This document shows, one piece after another, positions 1-8,947 of a stretch of DNA of 64,000 bases. This DNA is from a virus. A model generated the notes under the pieces. It did not search any database and had not been told where the DNA came from. It saw only the letters and a program-made list of their open reading frames with translations. Position 1 is the stretch's first letter, and the number at the start of each line of letters is the position of its first letter. Where the stretch lies: IMG/VR virus record IMGVR_UViG_3300032236_000879, positions 1 through 64,000 of that record. One strand, given 5' to 3'. Made by a program: the position numbers and the translations under genes.

Positions 1-514
1 TGACATTACCGGTACTAACGTTATTAGGAACAAGAAGATTACCTGTCAATTTGTTGAAAGTAAATCCGGAAACACCGCCAAAATTGCCTGAATCATTGAA
101 TTGTACTTGTGTGTTAGCGCCGCCAGGTGTCCCATTGCCGCCGCTGCCATTCCCACCCGGAGCCCATGATAGTGTACCTGCACCATCAGTCTGTAAGAAA
201 TATCCGTTCACTCCTCCCCTGATAGAAACGTTTGACACATTACCTAATGTTAAAACATTTCCATTCCAAGTCGCGTTTGGAATTCCAGCAAATGCACCAT
301 TATTATTATACTGCAATTGAGTATTAGCGCCGCCGGGGCTTGCATTGAACGGTTGACCGTTTGCATACTTATAATCTGAAGCATAGACTACATTAGCGGT
401 TACATTACCTGATGTTAGTACATTAGTAATAATATTGCCATTTGCATCAGCAAGGGGTACTTCAGGTATGCCAACTGAAAATCCACCAAGCGAGTTAAAA
501 TAATTTGCAGTCAT
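1..514 (-). CDS. tail fibre/virion structural protein (partial; runs off the window start)
   Basis: Manual translation from ATG at 514: MTANYFNSLGGFSVG...PGGANTQLQYNNNGAFAG...GYFLQTDGAGTLSW...PGGANTQVQFNDSGNFGG, typical Gly/Asn-rich phage fibre repeats; late promoter upstream. Confidence 0.75.
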   Translation of the reverse strand, partial: MTANYFNSLGGFSVGIPEVPLADANGNIITNVLTSGNVTANVVYASDYKYANGQPFNASPGGANTQLQYNNNGAFAGIPNATWNGNVLTLGNVSNVSIRGGVNGYFLQTDGAGTLSWAPGGNGSGGNGTPGGANTQVQFNDSGNFGGVSGFTFNKLTGNLLVPNNVSTGNV

Positions 515-538
515 GTCGGGTTCTTTCGTGTGATATAG

Positions 539-550
539 TATTTATAAATA
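539..550. promoter_or_regulatory. palindromic TATTTATAAATA: two overlapping back-to-back T4-type late promoters
   Basis: TATAAATA on both strands between divergent genes (514- and 605+). Confidence 0.6.
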
Positions 551-592
551 TTTTGGGTTTTTTACCGCAGAAAAAAGTTTTTAGGTTCGCTT

Positions 593-600
593 TATAAATA
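593..600 (+). promoter_or_regulatory. T4-type late promoter TATAAATA
   Basis: Exact gp55 consensus, 4 nt before the ATG at 605. Confidence 0.65.
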
Positions 601-604
601 CAGT

Positions 605-973
605 ATGATCATAGAACAACCAGCCAGACCTATATGCTCCCATTGTAAGTTTGCATTAGCCAAACCAAATGGAAAAAGTAAACACGGCTTTCAAAAATGG
701 CACAAGTATTGTGTTGACTGTGCAAAGACATTATATAGCGGTAGGTTCAAACACCTACAATATAAGAAGAATGAATGCGAAAAGTGCGGCTTTATACCAG
801 AAGACAGGATTCAACTTGATCTAGTATATGCTGATGGCAACAAAAAGAACAAAACAAAGAAAAACTTATTGACACTCTGTGCTAATTGTACTAGAGTACA
901 CAACAAGAAAATTCGCACAGGTAAGAAGTCAATATTGAATGTCACGGTCGACGGTGACACTAGAATTGCTTGA
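605..973 (+). CDS. Zn-finger / degenerate HNH-like protein
   Basis: Four CxxC pairs (CSHC, CVDC, CEKC, CANC) and QLDLVYADGN..N....NLLTLCANC, resembling the HNH motif without the catalytic His. Confidence 0.6.
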   Translation: MIIEQPARPICSHCKFALAKPNGKSKHGFQKWHKYCVDCAKTLYSGRFKHLQYKKNECEKCGFIPEDRIQLDLVYADGNKKNKTKKNLLTLCANCTRVHNKKIRTGKKSILNVTVDGDTRIA

Positions 974-1994
974 TCCCTGCTCTTTTAAGTTCCTGTAGAT
1001 GTTCCCATGGATCAAATCTTTTACGGTCTTCTTCTACTAAAGCTGATAGTCTTTTGTTATTTTCTACGAGCCTATTCCAAACTTGTTCACGCAACTCTTT
1101 CACATTTGGATTAGTTTGTATGAAGTTCTTTAATGTTTTTATAACCTTTAGCATCCTAAGATGTTGGTTAGATTCATCATCATATGAATGGTTGTCCATC
1201 AAGTCATCAAATAGATCAAAGCCCAAATCTCTTAGCTTACTTGCTTCATCCGCAGCACCAAACCATATAGGTATTTGATGCCAAGCAAAGGCTTTGTGTG
1301 TCTTCTCTGTGATATAGGAGAATTCTTGAGAATTTTCTATGATCACATTACATAGATTCTTAAACATTACTTCTGTTTTAGGAGGATACAAACATTTTAT
1401 TATATTCACTTCACTGTCAATCATCATAGGAATTGAATAAGGATATAGAATCTTTCTACAAGTTTCAATACTGCTGTTGTTTTTATTCAGAGTTCCGAAA
1501 CTAAATCTACCATGATCTCGTAAGGTGTCTAATAAAAGTTTCATGAATTCTGCTCTAATCACTGTAGGCCTGCGAGATAATGCAATAAAATGTGTATCTA
1601 CTTCTATGTTTTTCCAGTCTATATTTTCTTTTTGCAGTAAGTCATACCAACCAAATTGATTTAAGGTATGATATCCTGCTTCAGTATTTTTATACTTACA
1701 TATACTTCTAGCTTCTTGTACCATGATTCTATTTGAATCAAATAAATTCAAACTAATAATGCGATCAACAAATGCAGTAGAGTCTATAGGTTCCCAAGTA
1801 GAGTCTACAATTATAATAGAATCTTTTATTAGTTCATAGTTCTCTTTAAGAATATTACTTAGATCAATTATACATTTTGGTGTAGCAGTAGACGTATATT
1901 CATCATAATTAAAAACTAACATTTCTGAAATTTTTATTCGTAAGATGTTAGTCTCATCATCAAATAGAATGAAGGGATTCAGCCAGTGTTTCAT
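960..1994 (-). CDS. putative glycosyltransferase-like protein (GT-B, GT10/exostosin-like C-terminal domain)
   Basis: NVIIEN...YITEKTHKAFAWHQIPIWFG...LRDLGFDLFDD motif resembles the ITEK motif of GT10-like/phage glycosyltransferase families. Confidence 0.5.
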   Translation of the reverse strand: MKHWLNPFILFDDETNILRIKISEMLVFNYDEYTSTATPKCIIDLSNILKENYELIKDSIIIVDSTWEPIDSTAFVDRIISLNLFDSNRIMVQEARSICKYKNTEAGYHTLNQFGWYDLLQKENIDWKNIEVDTHFIALSRRPTVIRAEFMKLLLDTLRDHGRFSFGTLNKNNSSIETCRKILYPYSIPMMIDSEVNIIKCLYPPKTEVMFKNLCNVIIENSQEFSYITEKTHKAFAWHQIPIWFGAADEASKLRDLGFDLFDDLMDNHSYDDESNQHLRMLKVIKTLKNFIQTNPNVKELREQVWNRLVENNKRLSALVEEDRKRFDPWEHLQELKRAGIKQF

Positions 1995-2770
1995 GATCGG
2001 TGCCTGCAGTTACTACCGTGCCAGCGAGCGTAGTTACTAGGACCAAAAGTTTTATGACAATGTGGGCAAGTTTTCTTTAAGTCTTCTCTGTTATTAGGAT
2101 TATTTTTTGAGAACTCTTCTTTCATCCTAACAGCAACTTTATCACCGAATCCTTCTGGTTTAGCTTTGCCTTTTTGTGCAATAGATCGTTTTAGTTTTTC
2201 TTCTTCGCTCATGGGACCTTTGGATTTACCTTTACTTGCTAAAGACATCTTTATGCGAGTATCTTCAGATCGTTTTTGTCCAAATATCTTAGCAACTCTT
2301 TTTGCCTGTCCTTCGGCTTGTTTAATAGGATCTATTTTTCTATGTTTGGCAGCTTTTTTCAGATTCTCTCTATGTTCATTTGTAATTTCTACCCCACCTT
2401 TATTCCACGGTATTAGATTTTTAGATTTCATAACTATAGAATGATTTTTAGCGTGTTCTATTCTATATTTTTCATATACTCTTGCTGTAATAGAGGAAGA
2501 ATATCGTTGTTGGTATTTATTTTCTGCCTTCATTCCCTGAAGTGCATATAACATTTTATTTCGTTGTTCGCCTTCTGTCATCTTAATAAGAAGCCAATGA
2601 CAAATAAAATGTTCTTTTCCTGTTAAGTCTACAAGATTATCTCTGTCATCGGAGCCTCCCAATGATTGAGGAATAATATGATGTCTTTCCGTATAAGTTT
2701 CTAATACACGGTCTCTTGCTCGGTCTGTAATGATAAAATAGAGTTTGGTATATTTATTATCTTTAAACAT
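1991..2770 (-). CDS. HNH homing endonuclease (Mob-like) with NUMOD3-like repeats
   Basis: ERHHIIPQSLGGSDDRDNLVDLTGKEHFICH HNH motif; SEDTRIKMS / SEEEKLKRS repeats; C-terminal CPHC...RWHG..C; GATAAATA promoter at 2792-2799(-). Confidence 0.85.
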   Translation of the reverse strand: MFKDNKYTKLYFIITDRARDRVLETYTERHHIIPQSLGGSDDRDNLVDLTGKEHFICHWLLIKMTEGEQRNKMLYALQGMKAENKYQQRYSSSITARVYEKYRIEHAKNHSIVMKSKNLIPWNKGGVEITNEHRENLKKAAKHRKIDPIKQAEGQAKRVAKIFGQKRSEDTRIKMSLASKGKSKGPMSEEEKLKRSIAQKGKAKPEGFGDKVAVRMKEEFSKNNPNNREDLKKTCPHCHKTFGPSNYARWHGSNCRHRS

Positions 2771-2820
2771 AATATCACCTTTCAGTGATATTATTTATCA
2801 TATTAGGATAAAAAGTAATA

Positions 2821-2848
2821 GAAAAGGGGACATTTCTGCCCCCTTTTC
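2821..2848 (-). terminator. intrinsic terminator downstream of the major capsid gene
   Basis: GAAAAGGGG-N-CCCCTTTTC inverted repeat ~40 nt after the gp23 stop. Confidence 0.7.
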
Positions 2849-2889
2849 CACCGTAAATAACTTTCTAATAGTTATCACTGTAAAGTGAA

Positions 2890-4086
2890 CTATTGGAATG
2901 TAAGGTTCTGAACAGCAATTTCCCCAACGTAGTCTGCCGCGTTGCCGAAGCTGCTTGCAGTATTGGTGAGTTCTATGTAGCCATAACGTGTCATGAATGA
3001 AACGACCGGCTCGAAAGTGGTCGGATCAAGGACGACGCCTGAAGACATCAACGGAATGTATGGGCAGTAGAATGCTGCTGCGTCAGTTTCCGATGAACCC
3101 TTATAGCCTACGAGTACTGGCTGAGTGTCTGGTGCGTAGCTGTTTACGAAAACGCGCATTGCACCGTTCAAAGTACCAACGAACTTAGTGTTAGTTGGAG
3201 CTTCGAAAGTACCTTCAGTAGTACGTGCGAAAGCTGAAGTTGTTGCTGACTGAAGAACAGTCAATGAAGCTGGGGATACAACAGCCCAGTTACCTGCACC
3301 ACGACGAGTGCGCTGTGCAATCAAGTTTGCAACGCGGTTGATGAGAACTGCAAGAGCAGCATGTTCGTCACCGACGTAAGTAGCAGTACCTGATACAGTT
3401 GCCTGGTTGTAAGTATACTCAGTTGATGCAAGAGTTGCCAATGAGAGCAAGATTTCCTGATCGATTTCAGCAGTGATTTCTTGTGCGAGAGCAGCCATGA
3501 TTTCTGCTTCAACGTCAATACCATGCTGTGACTGTGCGTCCTGAGCAGCTTCGAAAGTCCAGCGAGCTTGTAGCTTGCGTGACTTGGCTTCTACGGCCTG
3601 ACGAAGGATCTGAACAGAAATCTGCTTACCACCATTGCCTTCAAGAGTTGCAGTGTCAGCACCAGTGTAATAGTTGGTGCTAGTTGCGCCAGCTGGTACA
3701 CGTGAGTATGCCTGTGCGATCTTGAATGGTGAAAGAGCTTCTTCACCAGCATTAACAGAAGTTGCTGCTGCTGAGTTGTCAGTCAATGAGTTAGCATAGC
3801 GAACACGTAGAGTATGAATCTGACCAACTGGGCCAGTCATTGGCTGAATGCCGACGAGTTCGTTTGCAATAACAGTTGGCATAACACGACGAATTACTGG
3901 AAGAATAACGCGATTGAGTGTTGCGATATTACCAGCAGTTGTAGTGCCTGCTGAAGATTCAGCAAGAAGCTGCTTCTTCGTATTTTCAAGTAGAACACCC
4001 ATAGTTGACTTACGAGTGCCCTTTAAGCCTTCTAACAGGGCGTCTTTAGTTTCGTCCCAACGGCTTTCTAAAAGTACTTTTGACAT
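2890..4086 (-). CDS. gp23: major capsid protein (T4 gp23-like)
   Basis: GIQPMTGPVGQIHTLR, AKSRKLQARWTFEAAQD..HGIDVEAE, FYCPYIPL, DP.TFEP...FMTRYG are gp23 signatures. Confidence 0.97.
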   Translation of the reverse strand: MSKVLLESRWDETKDALLEGLKGTRKSTMGVLLENTKKQLLAESSAGTTTAGNIATLNRVILPVIRRVMPTVIANELVGIQPMTGPVGQIHTLRVRYANSLTDNSAAATSVNAGEEALSPFKIAQAYSRVPAGATSTNYYTGADTATLEGNGGKQISVQILRQAVEAKSRKLQARWTFEAAQDAQSQHGIDVEAEIMAALAQEITAEIDQEILLSLATLASTEYTYNQATVSGTATYVGDEHAALAVLINRVANLIAQRTRRGAGNWAVVSPASLTVLQSATTSAFARTTEGTFEAPTNTKFVGTLNGAMRVFVNSYAPDTQPVLVGYKGSSETDAAAFYCPYIPLMSSGVVLDPTTFEPVVSFMTRYGYIELTNTASSFGNAADYVGEIAVQNLTFQ

Positions 4087-4113
4087 TTTTATATTCTCCT
4101 AAACTATGTCTAA

Positions 4114-5223
4114 TTAAAGCCCTGCCAGGCGCTTAATATCGATTACATTGTCTTTTTCTGATGAATCGATTTCTTCAAATTTCTTGGCAGATTTATTACC
4201 AGTTGCTTCTACAATAACAGATTCATTCAAAGCCTTCTTTGTTGAAGTAGGTTGAACTGCACCAGTATTAAGAACAGCTGGTAAATATTTGTCGAAAGCA
4301 GCCTGTAACTTTGAGGTTTGGACACTTTCGAGTAAAGTCTTCATTACCTGAGCCTTTTCAGCATTTAGAGTGCTTAGGAGCTTACCTAATTCTCTTTCAC
4401 GCTGAGTTGATTCTTTGATAATTCTAACTTCACGTTCCTTATTTTCAACTAACCTAGCTGTTTGCGTTAGTCTTGCATTAGCTTCAGCGAGTTGACGGTC
4501 TTTTTGAGCAAGTGCTTTCATAATCTTGCGAGTTTCAGCCTTATCGTTTAGATAAGTTACTGAGAATTCACTTGCAAATGATTCGAAAATCTTGCGTCCG
4601 AAATTATTTTCTTTGGCGAGCTTGATATCTTCTTTAAGCTGAAATAGTTCAGCCTTAAGTTGTGATGTGACTGCTGCATTGACTTTCTTAGCACTTTCTG
4701 CAATGAATCTTGCTTTGAGTGCTTCAAGTTGTTTGCGACCTTCTGCGACGAGCTTAACCTTAGCTTCAACAACAGCTTGTCTATCTTGAGCGAACTCTTT
4801 GATTTCACGAGCTAAAGCATGAACAATGAATTGTTCTAGCTTCATGTTGTTTTCCATCTGAAGTTGACGATCGGTGCGTAGCTCTCTGATTTCTTCAGCT
4901 AATTTAGTAACCATGAAATCATTGAACTTTGTAGCGTTTTCACGCAATTTTACTTGTGTTCTAACGCGGTCTTCGTTCATTGCTTTTCTTTCAGCAGCGA
5001 ATTCTTCAATTTCTGCTTTAAGATTTTCTGTCATCATCTTATCAAGGGCTTCTACCATTACGCCACGATCATGTTCGTAACGTTGTGCAAATTCCTCATG
5101 GAGTTCTGCACGGATCTCGTTACGGGCTTCATTTAACTTAGATTGCCAGGCTTCATTTAATTGAACCCCGATATCTTCGTTGATAAGTCCGCTTTCGAGT
5201 AGTGGTTTGATAGCGTCTAGCAT
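4114..5223 (-). CDS. gp22: prohead core scaffolding protein (gp22-like)
   Basis: Coiled-coil protein between protease and capsid genes; likely start MLDAIKPLLE at 5223 with an AAGGGA SD. Confidence 0.8.
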   Translation of the reverse strand: MLDAIKPLLESGLINEDIGVQLNEAWQSKLNEARNEIRAELHEEFAQRYEHDRGVMVEALDKMMTENLKAEIEEFAAERKAMNEDRVRTQVKLRENATKFNDFMVTKLAEEIRELRTDRQLQMENNMKLEQFIVHALAREIKEFAQDRQAVVEAKVKLVAEGRKQLEALKARFIAESAKKVNAAVTSQLKAELFQLKEDIKLAKENNFGRKIFESFASEFSVTYLNDKAETRKIMKALAQKDRQLAEANARLTQTARLVENKEREVRIIKESTQRERELGKLLSTLNAEKAQVMKTLLESVQTSKLQAAFDKYLPAVLNTGAVQPTSTKKALNESVIVEATGNKSAKKFEEIDSSEKDNVIDIKRLAGL

Positions 5224-5239
5224 TTTATCTAGTCCCTTA

Positions 5240-5878
5240 TTATAATTTGAGTTCATTGATGAGACGCTTTACTTCCTCACCTAAGAATCTCTGTACTTTT
5301 TTGTCACCACCTGCGCCTTTAGCGATCTCAAGAATTTTATGACCGTGCTTCATATTCATGACGCCTTCATAAATTGCCTTAGGATACGCATTAGGTGCGC
5401 TCGGTTGAGCAACGATATCGACAGTGATTATTTCAAAATCACTGACACGGCCATCCATGTCGTTCACATTACCTGATCCACGACTGGAAACGCCTAGCTT
5501 AACTCCCGACTCTAACATAGTCTTCACGAGTTGACCCATTGGAGTTGGGAGAATTTTCAGTTTCCCGAAACCATTTGGACCGTCCATCCACATACGAGTG
5601 ATCATATGAGATACGCGATCCAGATTAATCTTTAGATCGTCTGGGTGATCTACTTCGCCCAGAACAGAATAACCTTCTTCAATTTGTTTATTCAAAGTAT
5701 CTACAGCATTCTCGATTTCTTTGACGGGGTAAACACGCTCATTTGCGTTCTTTACCCCGCCTTGAATGAAAATACCTTTCATATAGAGAGACTTTAGTTT
5801 GTCGTCGCCTTCAGTGATGGCTTCGACAACTATGCCTGCTCTATCGAAAGTTAGATTTTCCCTAAGATACAAAGCCAT
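5240..5878 (-). CDS. gp21: prohead protease (gp21-like)
   Basis: GIFIQGGVKNANERVYP, LGEVDHP, LGVSSRGSG, DIVAQPSAPNAYP motifs. Confidence 0.95.
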   Translation of the reverse strand: MALYLRENLTFDRAGIVVEAITEGDDKLKSLYMKGIFIQGGVKNANERVYPVKEIENAVDTLNKQIEEGYSVLGEVDHPDDLKINLDRVSHMITRMWMDGPNGFGKLKILPTPMGQLVKTMLESGVKLGVSSRGSGNVNDMDGRVSDFEIITVDIVAQPSAPNAYPKAIYEGVMNMKHGHKILEIAKGAGGDKKVQRFLGEEVKRLINELKL

Positions 5879-5894
5879 TTGTTCTCAGATTCCC

Positions 5895-6755
5895 TTAACG
5901 AACTGGTCTACGAGAAGAACGTTTTCTTGACTCTGCGACCGGGCTCTTAGTATTCGCTGCTCCATCCTTCTTTACAGGAGCTGGAGTCTTGCTTAGATCG
6001 ATTCCTCTGTGACCTGGTGCATTCTGGAATTTACCTGCACCCGGTAGATCGCGTTCACCCTTTGAATACATGTTGCTTGGGCCCTTTGGTCCAGTTGGAA
6101 CTGTTTCAGCAGCACCGGAGAATCTTACTGGTCTGCTTGCCATTCCTGCTTGACCTGCATTTGCGGCTGAACCTACTGCGCTTCTTCTCTGTGCGCCATT
6201 GTCGCCGTGAGACATAGAAACCTTCTGAAGCTGAACAGCTTCCATCATTGCTTCTTCGTCTTCTTCGTCACCTTCTTCGTCTTCCATATCTTCATCACCG
6301 AAGTCTTCTTCTTCATCACCGAAGTCTTCTTCTTCATCACCGAAGTCTTCGTCGTGATCGTCTCCGCCCATGATTTCTTCGAACTCAGCCATCAACTGGT
6401 CGAGCTTGTCTTCGATACGAATTACGGCACTTTCAATTTCTTCATGTTCGATGTCTTCTTCATCATGATCCATTTCATAATCATTCATGAAGTCTTCTTC
6501 TTCATCTTCCATATCATCATCGAAGTCGATGTCTGATTCGTCATCTTCCATGACGCCTGATTCTTCAGCATTGATCTCATCAAGTAGATCACCTACTTGA
6601 CCGCCCATCATACCTTCTTCCATATCTTCGTCCATAAGTGACTCAAAGATTTCACGTGACTTTTCAACAACGATTTCATGGAATAGTTCACGAGCTTGAG
6701 CTACGTCTTCATTGATGATAAGATCATGCAATTGCTTAAATTTTCTAATGTCCAT
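5895..6755 (-). CDS. acidic prohead core/internal protein
   Basis: Very D/E-rich, in the head operon between portal and protease; AGGAGA SD; CATAAGTA late promoter at 6792-6799(-). Confidence 0.6.
   Translation of the reverse strand: MDIRKFKQLHDLIINEDVAQARELFHEIVVEKSREIFESLMDEDMEEGMMGGQVGDLLDEINAEESGVMEDDESDIDFDDDMEDEEEDFMNDYEMDHDEEDIEHEEIESAVIRIEDKLDQLMAEFEEIMGGDDHDEDFGDEEEDFGDEEEDFGDEDMEDEEGDEEDEEAMMEAVQLQKVSMSHGDNGAQRRSAVGSAANAGQAGMASRPVRFSGAAETVPTGPKGPSNMYSKGERDLPGAGKFQNAPGHRGIDLSKTPAPVKKDGAANTKSPVAESRKRSSRRPVR
6289..6350. repeat. 21-bp tandem repeat x3 (encodes EEDFGDE)
   Basis: TCTTCATCACCGAAGTCTTCT repeated at 6289, 6310, 6331. Confidence 0.9.
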
Positions 6756-6867
6756 TGAATATTTCTCCTGATAGAAATGGCTTTGTATAGTTACTTATGC
6801 CATAGTCATCAAAAGCATTCAATAAGTATGTATTTTTTACATTTTTAGAAAATATACCCCAAATAGC

Positions 6868-7089
6868 TTAAATGCCGGGCGCTGCAGGCTTAGGACCATA
6901 TTGGGTTTTTACTTGTTGTAGATATAGTTTACGTTCATAGTTCCGAACATCAATCATTCGGCGCAACTTTCGTATTTGCTTGAGGGTTAGTTTAGTTTTT
7001 CTGGATGTTCGGTATACAGGTCTACTATTATCCCCATTGATATCTTGGGTACCTAACACCGGCGGATCAAACATCTCTAACAGTTTCAT
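6868..7089 (-). CDS. small basic head-module protein
   Basis: 73 aa, SRKTKLTLKQIRKLRRM; GATAAATA at 7095-7102(-), 5 nt before the ATG. Confidence 0.7.
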   Translation of the reverse strand: MKLLEMFDPPVLGTQDINGDNSRPVYRTSRKTKLTLKQIRKLRRMIDVRNYERKLYLQQVKTQYGPKPAAPGI

Positions 7090-7104
7090 ATGATTATTTA
7101 TCTT

Positions 7105-8913
7105 TTAAATCTGTATTGCGCCGGCTGCTGCGCTAGCTGGTCCGGCTGCTCCGCCCGGAACTGCCGCCCCGCCTGTATCTGCTACAGGACCAGCAGTTTC
7201 AAGTCCTGCGCCCCCTTCAAATTCATTTCCGGCACCTTGAATTTCATCAGCAGTATTCTGATCAGATTCAAAGTCACCCACAGATACTCCGATATTTCTA
7301 AGATCAGAACCCTTAGTGTCCTGAGTAACATTCTGTGCATTTTCTTCTTCCCAAAGCTTTTCATTCTTCTTGATTTCTTCTTCAGTCAAGCCTAAGAATC
7401 TTTCGAGAGCAAATCTCTTTGACATATACGGGAAACCTTCTACGGAAGTGAATGTAGATACTCTTGCAGTATCCAGTTCAATCTGACGATATGCAGCAAA
7501 GTTTTGTGGAGGATTGAAAGTGATATTGAACAAGCCAGTATCGATATTGAATCCTCTCCAGCGCAAGAATAGTTTGAACTCTTAATCCAACTTCATGCAG
7601 ATATAATTCTGCAAGCGTTCACAGTATTTGTTGAATCTAAACTCTTGAATCATCGCTGTGCCCACCCGACCATCAGATAATGGAGTAGAACTATCATCTG
7701 GACCAGTCGGCAAGTATGAAGATGGAACACGAAGACCACGAGCAAGACGATTGTTGAAATACTTCAAGTCATCGATCTCTCCGAGATTCTGTCCACCAGG
7801 AAGAACTTCAACTGATGATCCCCGTCCTTCTGCGGTCACAGGGAAGAAGTAGTCTTCATTCATTGATAGTGGATTGTATGATGCATCAACAATAGATGAA
7901 CCACCGTACAATGAAGGAATTCTACGCTGGTGGATTTCATTCTTGACCCGCTCAACGAATGCCATAGCTAAGTGAGATGGCATATTACCGACATCGATCT
8001 TGAACATTCTGCGTTCAGGTGCACGTTGTACACGATAGATCAGAACAGCGTCTTCCAGCAGTTCTTTCTGCTTGTAAACTTTGAAGATATTTTCAAGCAC
8101 AGATTGTCCGAACGGCCAAAATCTATCTAGACCTTCAGTCAGGGACAAGTGAACGATATGCTTCGCATCAACCGCAGATTCAGATTGACCTAGGGTGAAT
8201 CTTGAACCAGTTGTATTGTAAGGCATTGCCGGAACAGTATACGGTGTATTAGTTCCTCCACCAGAGCCACCGAGACCTGTTGCTGGGTTTGCTGCAAAGT
8301 CGGTGTTAGTTTTCTGTGCTACTGACAGATTCTGTAGATTGATATTGATATCCTTGATGACATACTGTTCTGGTTTCTTGCCTTCAGATTCATTCACGAT
8401 GACTTTAATGACTTTGACCATATCGACCCAGTATAACTTGAAGTTTTCTGGATCACGAACAAATACCTGATCTCCGTACTTCACGACGTTACGGAAAATC
8501 TTGAACATACGCACATCAAATTCATTGAGCTTGCACCACTGCTGTAGCTGCTTAGTGAGCAATTCTACTTCACGTGGAGTAGGATCTTCTTTGTATTCAA
8601 AAGAGAATGGGGTTTTATTATGTTCATTGCGTAGGGTCGAAAACTCTGCTAGAATGTCTAGACATGCATTGATTTCAGCATCAACGTCCATCATTTCATA
8701 TTGATTGTAGCGTTCGATTCTGTTAGGGTGACCTGTATAGACTTCCGGAAGTCTAGACATATAATTCTTATATCCAAACTCAGTGTTGTTCCAACCCCCC
8801 GTAGGGGATCCGTTCTGCCCAGGTGAGCCATTCCATGCACCCGAATTACTGTTGATGCCGGAAATAGGACTGGATACGCCGCTCTTGTTTAGAAATTTCT
8901 TTTTATATGACAT
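7105..8913 (-). CDS. gp20: portal vertex protein (gp20-like), interrupted by one in-frame TAA at 7582-7584
   Basis: LLEDAVLIYRVQRAPERRMFKIDVGNMP, EDYFFP...GRGSSVEVLPGGQNLGEIDD..YF; reading continues in frame across the stop: CMKLD*EFKLFLRWRGFNID. Confidence 0.92.
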
Positions 8914-8947
8914 AGGTACCTATTCTCTTACTACAGACTATTTAGTT

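Noticed and set aside
6289-6350. 21-bp tandem repeat as a regulatory array
   Set aside because: In-frame expansion inside an acidic low-complexity protein.
2875-8913. Genome-wide stop-codon reassignment
   Set aside because: TAA, TAG (gp23) and TGA all end genes at expected positions, and very long ORFs are intact in the standard code; only the portal has an internal stop.
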